A stretch of DNA of 64,000 nt from contig CM060731.1 in NCBI GenBank assembly GCA_030704615.1, positions 16,616,001-16,680,000 on the forward strand. The letters are read 5' to 3'. The position numbers were made by a program, and so were the translations under genes. The notes beneath the pieces are model-generated. The model worked only from the letters and a program-made list of their open reading frames with translations. It did no database searches and was not told the DNA's origin. This stretch comes from Takakia lepidozioides. Lineage: Eukaryota > Plantae > Bryophyta. Shown here piece by piece: positions 1-10,812 of the stretch (within the stretch, counting starts at the first letter, position 1; each line of letters starts with the position of its first letter).

Positions 1-2
1 GA

Positions 3-648
3 CTCACCCTACTCAAGCTCTGCACCAGCCCACAAAGGACAGCCATAGTAGAGAATCACAGGGTGGGACACACCCACACACCTGCAATGTGGAACTTTGA
101 CTGGAAGTGGGAGTCATATAGAAACGTGAATAACTACTCCACCTACCACCTCAAAAGAATTTCAGCATAAATTTACTGCTTTGATGATAGATAAAGAGAA
201 AGATAAAGTTTCTTCAACGTCCAGTGAATTTACAGAGCCTACTGCTCAACACACAGCCCATGGAATGGCCAACGGACAGTTGAAGGCACATGTTGAAGAA
301 TTGAACCCTGGATCATGAAAAACTTCTTTCGCCTCCCCCACTCTTTTGCTAGAAAAAACCAGAAACCACTACTGAATTGCATTGTTCACTGTGTTTTTTC
401 TGGGTTTTGTTGGTTCTCTTGTAGAGAGAGACTACGCATCATGTTCAAGTCAGCGGAGAAAATGTGGTCAAAGGACCTTGCACCGTGTCAAGGCTCCATT
501 GGTGTGTTATGCATGCCGGGTACTCTCACCTTCCTCTATGTTTTGCCAAAGCAAGAGAGCCCATTGCTGTTTTGAGGCTTGTTTTCATAAGGATTGTGGA
601 GTAGTAGTCGCAAAGGCAGCACCCCCCAAAAAAACCAGAAATATTTAA
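3..648 (+). pseudogene. Possible decayed transposase C-terminus (piggyBac-like cysteine-rich domain)
   Basis: One + frame reads through three stops and ends RRKCGQR...VCYACRV...MFCQSKRAHCCFEACFH. This resembles the RRxC..C..C..LC...CF..(F/Y)H C-terminal domain of piggyBac transposases. No catalytic core lies in the window. Confidence 0.35.
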
Positions 649-891
649 AAAATGTAATACTTTGCTTAGAATAATTATATTTCACTATAATAATATAATA
701 ATATAATAATATAATAAACTAACTATAGTGGAAAAAAACAAATGCATGGAATTACATGCACGCCTTGCCTGTCTATAACTTCAAATGACTTTTGCCAATG
801 TGAACAGCCACCTCCCGTTGCACACCCGACACAGTGCATTAAATGGCAAATGCATTATTGCCCACCGAACGCAATGTGTCTAGGTATATAT

Positions 892-1123
892 CTGTGTTGG
901 ACTGGTATCATGGTTTTTTGATACCACTAGCGTAAAGGTATTGGGGTACAGTTGAATTATTGAAACCAGTATGGTACTGATATCAAACGATGTGTAAATT
1001 TAATAGCCTGGTATGGTATATGGTAGGGTATCAAAGTGAAAATCTGACTGGTATGGTATTAAACAAACTCTTAAAAGTTATACCAGCCTGGTATGTGTCA
1101 GGGTCTGGTACCAGCTACACTAG
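892..1123. repeat. Degenerate MITE-like segment with many TGGTA(T/C) motifs
   Basis: Roughly ten TGGTAT/TGGTAC motifs in 230 bp with imperfect inverted ends. No TSD recognised. Confidence 0.3.
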
Positions 1124-1399
1124 TGCAATTCTTTCTAACTCTTAAAAATGAAAATAAATAAAAATATTGGACGGAGGCCCTTTAAATCATATTAAGATTC
1201 AACTGTTCAAATGGCCCATTTAATATTGAAAAATATCCCAAATGGCCCCTAACTCTTCCCTATCACTCTTTAAGAGCAGAAACTAATAAATTGCATTTCA
1301 TCTACTTCTCTTCAAACATATTAGCATCCTGTAACTTTGAAGTGCCCAAGTTAAATAAGCACAGTGTGAAACTAATTAGAATAAAGCTAGTTATTTGTA

Positions 1400-1459
1400 T
1401 TTAACACTTGGATTTAGGTCAAGTGTTAAATCAGGTGTCAAGTTTAGTTTGACACCTGA
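1400..1459. repeat. Two abutting perfect 11-bp hairpins
   Basis: TTTAACACTTG/CAAGTGTTAAA (1400-1430) is immediately followed by TCAGGTGTCAA/TTGACACCTGA (1431-1459). Both loops contain TTTAG. Confidence 0.8.
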
Positions 1460-3735
1460 ACCGTCTTATCTTCACGAGAGCGTCAGTCGCGCAACTCATC
1501 TCTCTCGAGTTGAGCCTGCGCGACCGAGCTCCTTCATGCTTTAGAATCTGAGTGTGCTTATGTAGGGGTATAGGTTGTTGTGGGATGGAGTCCCCATAGC
1601 TTGGGGTGCCTTTGGCTCGACTATTATATTAAAGAGTGATGTTGATGGATTTCATGTTTCTTGTGTGAACAGTGTGTTATGAGTTTTCTTATCACTCGAG
1701 AGATATCACCTCTTACTTGTGAGTGCAAGGTAGGAGTTGAGGGTTAGCACTTGTATGATTACCTTTGTGTAAGTAGTGCTTAGTTTAAGAAGCTTAAAAA
1801 ACAAAAAAGAAACATGCAGGTTTCGATTATCTTTGGTTTCTGGGTGGTGGGGGAGGAGATGGGAGCGGAACGAGCTCCGCTGACTGTGCAGCGATGAGCG
1901 CTGCGTGCTTGGTTGAACTCTTCCGTGGTTGACAATTGCAGGTTGCGGGTGCTGCGGGCTTACCAAACAGATATGGCCAGTTCTGTAGCAGACAAGTTCG
2001 TTGCAGAATTTTGAGAGCTCAAACGCGAAGAAAAGTTGTGATTTTGGATGGCAAGAGACTGAGGAAGTCGCAATGATTTGTACGCATGCGCTCCGAAAGC
2101 CAGAGAGAGGCTGGGGTTCTTGCAAGAGGAGGCTCTTTCCGGAGTCTTGGAAATCATCGAGTGTGCAGGGATGGTCTGGAGAAATTTGAGTTGTGCAGCC
2201 TGAGTCTGGCTGACTAGTCTGATCCGGTTGGGTTGCTGAAGAGAGCAATAAAATCTTGGGTACATTTGAGTGTGCAGCGGCAGGCAGTGATTCGGGGGTG
2301 TGTTTGTTCTGGACAATCCTGGCCTGGAAGGCAAGTTGAAGTCAACTAAGGCTTTGCCATGCGCCGATGAGTCGTTATGTGATCTCTCGGCGAGACCCTA
2401 TCATTTCGGGAAACGACGCTGATAAGTTGTGGCTGCTAAATCAAAGCCTCGTACATAGAGAGAGAGTCAACTGAAAGATGTTGATGCCAGTCACCAACTG
2501 CTGAGATGGGGCTGAAAGTCATGCATGGCGAGCCTGGCTCAGCGTAGGCGTGATTATAGGAGTGCCAGTTGGCTACCACTACAATGACACTCTAAATGGA
2601 ATGCAACATGTGGAGAGAACGCCGAAAAGCAATGTCGTAGTCGAAGAGCCTGTGATTGCAGTGGTTAGGCCAGCTGTGGGCCATAACGATCCTTTGAGTC
2701 ATGTGAGTGATTCCCCACCCATATTTTCCAGTGCGGGTGCCAAGCAGCTGAGAAGATCTCGGTCGATTCCTTCAGGTGTACGAGGCCACGCAGCTACTCC
2801 TGTGTTCCCTGGTCCATTGTTCCCCATTGTCAGGCGCTTAAAACAGCTCCCCAATTTTTACTTACACTGACCGAAACAATGTAGGATCAGGGGATACAAA
2901 AGGGAGAAGCAAAGAACTAAATGTTGATGTTGGAATCAAAGATGGCAGTACACACCATATTGCCAAAGAGATTGAGGACGATCAGGATATGGGTGCAAAG
3001 CAGGATTCTAAACTAGAATTAGAGACTCGAAAAATTGGCAGAAGTAATGGCAAGCAGGTGCAGGGTTTTACAGAACAGGGAAGAGATGTTCTGCCAAATA
3101 CTCTCGCCGTCAAGCCAAGTGCACCTGAAAGCTCTGTGATATCGAAGGGATCCACCAATGGGACAACTTGTTTTTCCTCTCACACTGGCAATGTCATATG
3201 TGGGAGTCAGTTCCTCGGTTTCACCTCCGATGTGGCAGATGTATTGTGCAAGTCCAGCAACCATCCACGAATCTTTCGATTGCAGGCCGTCTGTCCATAA
3301 GCCATGAAGGTGCTGCGCAGTGCATCTCTTGACCTGCTCTTGAAATCGCCCCAGGGTGTGATACCCCATCCATAACTGAGGTCGAGTCTTGGAGTTGGAG
3401 AGCTCTTGGTGCCTGGAGAAGCCTGGAGAGGAACGGCCTCGGGAACCCGTAGATAACCTGGGAACAGTTTTTAATGGCGAGAACGTTTTGATGTTAAAAA
3501 TAAAATAAAATAAAATAAAAAATGTTATGTTTAAAGAGCCTGGTTGGTCATATCTTTGTCAAATGAGCTCCATTTGACTCAGTTTTTGAGGGGATAGCTG
3601 CAGAAAGGGGATATCTACCTATCTAGACCTGATTTTTGTTTTTGGGACTTTGCTAAAAATCTATGGAATTTTTAGAGTGTGAGTGTGCCGTGAAAGATCC
3701 ACAATTCTGTCTCTAGAACATGTTCTGGTCTATAT

Positions 3736-4477
3736 GTGAGAGAAATCTGTGGATGTCCTCCTTGTATGGCTGGGGGAAATGAGGACGTAATTGAAGGGCA
3801 GGTCTCGTCTCTTAGCCTGTGCACACAAGGGGACAAGATTTATGTTTCCCAAGGAACTCAGACTGATTTGAGTGGAGAACAGTTGGACGAGTTGATTGCA
3901 TACTGGGAGTCAGGCATTAGCAGTAGACAACAAACTGCTGTAGTTGGCGTTGAGGGCCTCAATATTGCTTTGGACAGTCAGAACTCTGTTGGAGCCAGCA
4001 GTTCTGCAGCTGTAGGTGCAATACCATAGTGGGTGAAAGCTAGGCTTGGAACACAGCCAAAGACAGCCCCAGGGACCAGGAGCAGGAGCTACACAAGTTT
4101 GTGCAATCAGACAGCGTTGCAGCCGGAAACGCTCTACACAAGACAACCACGAGCGGGGGTTCATTAGCAAGGACAAGTTTGTTCTGTTTGAAGGAGATGC
4201 AGTCATTCGCAATGAAGACACCCGCAACCGTCTCAAAGCTTTCGAGTTGAGAGACTATCAGACCCTACCTTTGTTTTCTTTAGTGTTCAGTGAGCGGGAG
4301 ATAGCAGAGTGTTGTTTTGTCTCTACCTGGCAGAAAGAGGAGGAGGGTTGGTTGGAGCGAGCTACTGTAGCTTGGGACAAGGTTAGTGGCAGGTTTCTGG
4401 ACATAGATATACCTCCTACACCTTACCATCATGCAGCGCGAGGCACTTTGAGAGAAGTCTGGCAGTTGATAGCATAG
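3736..4477 (+). pseudogene. Decayed ORF of unknown function upstream of gag (probable accessory ORF of the retroelement)
   Basis: ORFs 3736-4029 and 4046-4477 are on the same strand as gag and are separated by a stop and a frameshift. The second half looks globular (FISKDKFVLFEGD...WLERATVAWDKVSGRFLDIDIPPTPY). No splice structure is evident. Confidence 0.4.
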
Positions 4478-4996
4478 ATCAGGATTAGATTTTGCTTGGT
4501 CGGGCTTCTATTCTTCCCCTCCCTCTTGTTACTATTTTCATTATTTTGTACTTGTAGTTGCCAAAGCCTCTCTTGGTGGAGGCCAGTCAGTCCGGGGTTT
4601 TGGGCTGGGATATTCTGCAGGATCAGCATTGCAGATGGATTTTGGTGTGGGGGTGTTGATGTTTTGATTTCTTGTGTTTGGATCCCCCCAACACCTGCAT
4701 GCTTGACTGTGCGCCATGTTGGTTTTGTGTGGGCGCTTGCTTTCATAGGGATTAGGCCGGATTTGATCACCGGTCAATCCTAGAGTATGCTGTCGGTGGT
4801 GAGGCTGGAGTGATGACCAGCAAGACCACCAGTGTTTCTTCTATGGTGAGACTGGGTTGATGACCAGCCAACCATAGGAGTTCTTGCGGTGGATGCAGGT
4901 GCAGGTGCCCTGAGCCACTGGGATATGACCCTTAAACTGCAACAGGTGCCCACCCGTGTCACCATTAAAAATAGTACTAGAGCCTTATAGTGTCAC

Positions 4997-6279
4997 GTGG
5001 GGGAGGTGCACATTGTGAGTGTCATCACGGAGTTACCCAGGGGTTCTGAGGGGAGTACGGCTACAGGCAGTAGCAGTGAGAGTGGGTTCACCAGACGAGG
5101 TGTTCGTTTCAGACCACCTTCACCTCCACCCTCAACTAGAGCAGAGTCAGACACAGACTCGGAGTCTTCATCAACAGGTGTGCAGTTTCATTCGCCATTG
5201 TTGTGGGACGACATGGAGGAGATGTATGGAGCTACCAAGGGGCCTTGTAGGTACTCTGGAGCTGTGGGCACAATCGAGTTGGATGACTTTATCCAGGAGT
5301 TCGACAGCTGGTGTGATTTGCAGCAGATGCGCAATCCACAGCTATTCACCCCATTCATGGCGTGGAAGAGACTGTTCCAGCATTTGGAAGGCCCGCCTAT
5401 GGACGATTACCACGAGTTCAGGCGAGGACATGAAGCAGAGATTGAGGAGTGGAGGATGTATTAGTCACCTGACTACGTCTCCATTATTTGAGGCACGACG
5501 CGACCAGTAGCTACATCAGAACCAATATCTCCCACTGCCAGCACTAGTAGTGGAACAAGTAGTGCCGGTACTTCTGTAAGTGGTACCAGTTCAAAAGGTG
5601 CTACTACTCCTCCTGCCACGACTACAACACACGTGCCTAGATTCAACCCGGTGGTGGAGTTCTTCCAGGAGTTGCGGAGGAACTACCAAGGTGTACGGAC
5701 AGAGAAGCTGCGAAGTTTGTAAGACTTCCAACGCAAACCCAGTGAGAGCCTGCGAGAGGCGTACACTCGTATGAGGCGCTTGATAAGTGTGACCCAAGGG
5801 GTTACTGAAGCTCAGGCAATCTAGTTTTGGTATGGAATTCTGGACAAGGAGCTCAAGAGAAGGGTGCGAGATGCAACCTTGTTACAAGCAGCCCAACCCA
5901 CATTAGCAGATGTGTTTCTGCTGGCTGAGCGGATTGAGCTCAACATGGTGGAGGAGCGAGTTGTTACCATTGGATTTGGCAAGGACATGCCTGCACGAGG
6001 CGCAGCTGCCAGCCCATAGGCACAAGGGACTGCCCAACAGCGTGGTCAGGGGGGAAGGTTTCCCAACCCAAGTTCCATGGAGCTTACAAGGGACCTCAGG
6101 TGCAAAGGCCCGTGGCATCTTTTGCAGGCCAACAGCAACCATGGGTGATATGTTGGACATGTGGAGGACCCCATGTCAAGAGAGATTGCCCAGAGAGTGG
6201 AAAAAGGCCGGCACAAGCACAGCTTGCACAGTTGCAGTGTGGGCATTGTGGCAAGTATGGGCATGGACTTGCATCATGA
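4997..6279 (+). pseudogene. gag: Gag (capsid-like region plus two zinc knuckles), disrupted
   Basis: Read through stops: ...RYSGAVGTIELDDFIQEFDSWCD...FNPVVEFFQELRRNYQG...FQRKPSESLREAYTRMRRL...FWYGILDKELKRRV...LADVFLLAERIE. Knuckles are CWTCGGPHVKRDC (6151) and CGHCGKYGHGLAS* (6238, last Cys replaced by a stop). Confidence 0.85.
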
Positions 6280-6957
6280 GTTGCGCCCAGGCCAGTTCCA
6301 AGGGAACAATGGTAGCCGGGGGCGAGGTGGACCAGCCCAGAGAGGACGAGGTGGTTGGGCATGAGGTGCAGGCCAAGGGCAAGCTCAACATGGCCAAGGA
6401 CGCGGAGGTTAGGGTGTTGACTAAGGCATGGCCAACCGGCTTCAGCAGCTAGAGCAGAGGCTCGCTGCCATGGCTACAGCTCAGGTGGTACCGGCTCCCA
6501 GGCGGGATGGTCCACCTCCTGCTCCTGAGGGAGGAGATATGGGAGGCATGGGATTCATGTGCGGAGCAGCACTACCACTAGTGCAGGTGGAGTCTGCTGC
6601 AGCCGTGACTCGAGGAGCAGCACGAGTTCCTAAGCCACGAGGTGCAGAGGTGGAATTGGATCCACAGCGTGGGGAGGCAAGCCGTCAGGCGAGGCTTCCT
6701 CAGTCATTCACATTGGCGGAGACAGTGTCGACGCCATCCATGGCACCTAGTTCTCGCCTGATTGTTACCAAGGCGGAGGTTACTATGCCATTGGGGTGAG
6801 CTACACGTGCAGCACTGACACCTACTACCAAGGCTAGTGCAGCCAGTGTGTTATTGGGGGCAGCCACCTCTATGTGTCAAGCCCCACTGTTCTCGGCAAC
6901 CATGATTGCGACGTCGGGGGTAAGACCAGCTGCAGTGTTCAGACTAGTATAGTGCTC

Positions 6958-7865
6958 ATTCCCTGGCAACCACCTGACTCAGGGATTTGCTTGCTAGACC
7001 TGTTTGGAGGCATGAGCACTGGGCTTGCAGGAGTGTTGCAAACTGGGATTAAAGTACGCAAGTACTTGTATGTGGAGAAGGATGAGACAACTCGGCGTAT
7101 TTCTATGCGCCACATCGCCTTGCTCACACACCGGTATCCTGAGTTGTTGCCTCTCTCGACAATTCAAGGGTATCAAAAGGCCTTGCTAGCAGACATTACC
7201 TTGCTGGGGGCGGATAATTTGGACCAGCATGGTGCCATTGATTTGGTGATAGCTGGATGGCCTTGCTAAGGACACTCTCCCGCAGGTCATGGGAATGGCT
7301 TGCATGATGCACGATCGCATTTGTTTTGGGAAATGTTTCCCATTGCCCGCTCTCGCTCATCTGCAATTGTCCACCAATTGCTGTAGCACACTGTCCCAAA
7401 TCAACCCAGGACCATTTTCTTGAAAAGCATGAGACGAGGGAAAGCTCATGAGCGTAGGCAAGGCCGCACGTGGCTGCCCCATTCAATTTACCACTGTTAG
7501 AGGTGGACGGTCATCATGTCGCACCCTATGTGGTTGCCTCCCTTGGTCCAAAATGCCCTCAACTGTGAGATTGAGTGGCCGTTGAATGAAATCGTATGCT
7601 TTCTTGAGCAGCTCTGGTGGTGTAAGATTGGTCCACCACAATCGAGGTCGATGCGCTCGTGATCCCACCGCTGCTGCATCCAATAGCACCGCCGATCCAA
7701 TCCAAGACCGCACCTGATGCACACTAGCCATAACCCTGGCCCAAGAGCACTACAGCTATGCCAGCTCTGTCAGAGGCATCACGCCGACATGTGTTGGGTC
7801 AAGCAATGGATCTCAATTTGCTTGATATGGGTCATTGGCTTGTACATGGCTGAGCAACGGAGGTT
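6958..7865 (+). pseudogene. DNMT3-like C5 cytosine DNA methyltransferase domain inside the retrotransposon, with 7336-7739 inverted
   Basis: + strand: motif I LDLFGGMSTGL, motif II YVEKD, motif III ADIT, motif IV IDLVIAGWPC*GHSPAG..GLHDARSHLFWEM. - strand 7739-7337: LDAAAVGSRAHRPRLWWTNL (VIII), then ADERERAMG (IX) after a frameshift. + strand from 7740: PKSTTAMPALSEASRRHVLGQAMDLN (X). Motif VI (ENV) is absent. Confidence 0.92.
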
Positions 7866-8376
7866 GCAGACAGTGGTGGCTACTTCTGCACTCCCATTTG
7901 GTATTGTATCCCCTCTGCCAACCGAGACGGTGGAGGCAGTGAGTGGGGACGAGCACATGATCATGGGGTGCAAACACCCATGGCAGATGTGGGATGAGAT
8001 GCGGAAAGAGAGAGTCCTTGGATCTCTCAAGCAGCAATATGAGGAGTGGGGATAGCCATACATTGAGGATCAGTTGGAGGCCAAGGTGGCCAATGTTTTT
8101 GAAGAGGTTGAGAATGTTTCTTCCCCAGAGGATGTTCTCAAGGTGGTTATGGCAGAGCAAGTGGAGGCTACGCCACAGTCAGATTGGGTGGACAAGGCCC
8201 AAGAGGTTGCTATCTAGCAACCAAAGGATGCGTCTCCTACCTCCAAGCGTGATGTACCCAATGTTGCAGTCACTGAGGACAATTGGGAACCAGATGTTGG
8301 ACCTACAGTCACCGGAGGAGAGAGACGGAGGATCTAGCAATTTCTTAGGGCTTATAGAAATTGCTTTCCCTTTGGT

Positions 8377-9720
8377 TTGAAGGATTTGGGGAGTTTGAAG
8401 GGTCAGGAGATTCGTATGATTTTGGCAAGTGACACGCCAATCTTTCGAAGGCCCTACCAGTATAGTGACATGGAGAGGTCATTGATCCAGTCACGGACTA
8501 TGGAGTTGTTCGAAGCTGGATTGGTGGAGTTGTCAGGCGGGGAGTATGCCTCGGCAACGGTGATGCCAGCTAAGAAGGATATCTATGGCAATTGGACAGA
8601 AAAGAAGGATGTGTGGGGACTATTGTCTTGTGAACCGTCAGACTAAGTCCGATAGATATGTCATGCCAACTCCAGAGGAAATCTTTGATGCCATTGGGCA
8701 TGCGAAGGTGTTTAGCACATTGGACTTGCGATCCGGTTACCACCAGTTGCCAATCAAAGAGGCTGATAAGCAAAAGACGACATTCTGGGGGATTGACCAA
8801 CATGGGAAGGATTGCTTGTACCAATGGCGCTTCCAACCGTTTGGGTTGAAGAATGCTCCTGCAAAGTTTCAGAGGGTTATGGATAGGATTCTCGCGGGGC
8901 TAGACTTTGCCCGGTGTTACATTGATGACATCATTGTCTTTAGTGCTACGGTTGAGGAGCATGAGAGACACCTTCAGGTGGTGTTTGAGCGCTTGAGAGC
9001 ACATGGGTTGAAATTACACCCTGGGAAGTGCAAGTTCTTCCACAACCAGATTGAGTATCTGGGCCACATGATATACCCTGTAGGATTGGGTGTTCAAAAG
9101 ACGAAGGTGGAGGCCATTGCACGCATTCCACGCCCCATAGATGTTAGCAGAGTTCGTGCTTTCATGGGGTTGACAAACTACCATCGACGGTTTGTCAAGG
9201 GATTTAGCAGCATTGCAAAGGCTCTTACTAAGTTGACCAAGGTAGGTCAGGAGTGGCAGTGGGAGGAGGAGCAGGAGCAGGAGGAAGCCTTTGAGGAACT
9301 CACGGCTCGATTGACTTCTACATCTATTCTAAGGCGGCCTATTCGGGGGCAGCCTTTCCAGCTACATACGGATTGGAGTATGCTGGGGATTGGAGCAGTG
9401 CTCACACAGGTGGATGATGAGGGAAGAGAGTTCGTAGTGGCATATGCTAGCTGCTCAAATAATGATGCCGAGGCGAAGTATAGTTCCTATGAAGGGGAGT
9501 GTCTAGCTGCGGTATGGGCAGTGACACATTTCAGATGCTACCTCTATGGCAATCTCTTCACCCTTGTCACGGATCACCAACCATTGAAGTGGTTGATGGA
9601 GTCAGACAAGCTTACAGGGAAGCTTGCATGGTGGGCACTTATGCTTCAAGAATACGACTTTCAGGTAGTGCATCGAGCCGGTATTGTCAATCGGGATGCA
9701 GATGGATTGAGTCGTAATCC
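8377..9720 (+). pseudogene. pol: Reverse transcriptase and RNase H (frameshift near 8600)
   Basis: PIFRRPYQYS...YASATVMPAKKD / RMCGDY..VN..T..D.Y.MP...FSTLDLRSGYHQL...PFGLKNAP..FQR.MD...CYIDDIIVFS...KCKFF...YLGH. RNase H: LHTDWS..GIGAVL...EGECLAAVWAV.HFR.YLYG..FTLVTDHQPLKWL. Confidence 0.97.
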
Positions 9721-9974
9721 ATGCACGAGCGAGCATGATGATACTGGAGCTCGGTGGCATGGTGAGACGGATGAGGAGATGGTGCCAGGATGGCATGCAT
9801 CTGCCTTTTGGTGCATCCTAGCAATGGGAGCTCAAGCTGGTCCATCCCATAACATTGGTCATGTAGATGGTGTGCATGACGATCCGGAGATCAGTGAGGA
9901 GCTTGGTGGTGCTAAGGATGTGCATGAAGATGCAGCAGTGTTGGCCTACCTTCGTACTAGAGAGACAACAGCCA

Positions 9975-10812
9975 TAGAGAGTTCTTGGAGGAGTTTCAGG
10001 CTTTGTGTGAGCAAGCCTTGATAGATCACCGCACTACTTATCGGGATCATCCCTAGGCCAATGGCCTGGCAGAGAGGGTTGTACAAACAGTCAAGCGAGG
10101 CTTGCGCAAGTATGGCTTGCAGAAGGGACACTTAGGAGATTGGGACCTTCAGCTACCTTGGTTGGCCATGGGCTACAGGTTTAGCAAACAAGCATCACTT
10201 GCTTCGTTCTCGCCGTATTTCCTTCTCTTTGGCCGAGAGCCAGATTTACCTGCATCTATTCGTAGGGAGACTGCAATAGATGTGTGGACACAAGCATGTG
10301 CCCAGCGGGCAGAGCTGTTCAAGAGAGTCATGCCTATGGCTTTTGAGAACCTTGCTATTGCCCAACACCAAGACACATTGAGGTACACCACTATACGTGG
10401 AGGGGGATATCGGCCAGGTGTTCGGCGTTTCCACCCTGGGGACTATGTGTATTTGCAGCAGACAGCGCCTACGACATTGGATGTCATAGCAGGGCGTGTG
10501 ATTCTAAGGGTCCGGGAGGTGTTGCCTTTAGGAGTGTTGATTCTGGAGGGTCGAGATGGCATGGTATGGAAGGACCATGTGCGCAATTGTGCGCCATGTC
10601 ACCTTCCACATGTGGATGGGAGGATAGATACCAACCTTGCAGTGGTACCTGCAGGATTGCGTTGCATGCTATGTGGGCATGCTGGTGGTGCCGCAACCAT
10701 GTTGGTGTGTGACAAATGCTCAAGGGGGTGGCACATGGGATGCTTGACACCGCCACTTGAGGAGGTTCCTAGTGGAGAATGGTTGTGTCCACGATGCCTT
10801 GGACATAGGTAG
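9975..10812 (+). pseudogene. Integrase C-terminal half (HHCC and both catalytic Asp deleted) ending in a PHD finger
   Basis: Frame upstream of ORF 10102 reads REFLEEFQALCEQALIDHRTTYRDHP*ANGLAERVVQTVKRGL, then WDLQLP...FSPYFLLFGREP...FHPGDYVYL, then the PHD finger. Confidence 0.92.
10663..10797 (+). other. PHD finger (C4HC3) at the integrase C-terminus
   Basis: CMLC-GHAGGAATMLV-CDKC-SRGW-H-MG-C-LTPPLEEVPSGEWL-CPRC has all eight ligands and the conserved Trp, and is in frame with the integrase tail. Confidence 0.95.

Noticed and set aside
1400-4996. 5' LTR and primer-binding site of the Gypsy element
   Set aside because: No match to the sequence starting at 11070 was found. TGGTGCCTGG (~3407) could not be tied to a tRNA 3' end.
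6874-7269. Stand-alone host DNMT3/DRM gene or bacterial restriction-modification methylase
   Set aside because: It is intronless, embedded between gag and RT, decayed like the rest of the element, has non-permuted motif order, and has no partner nuclease.
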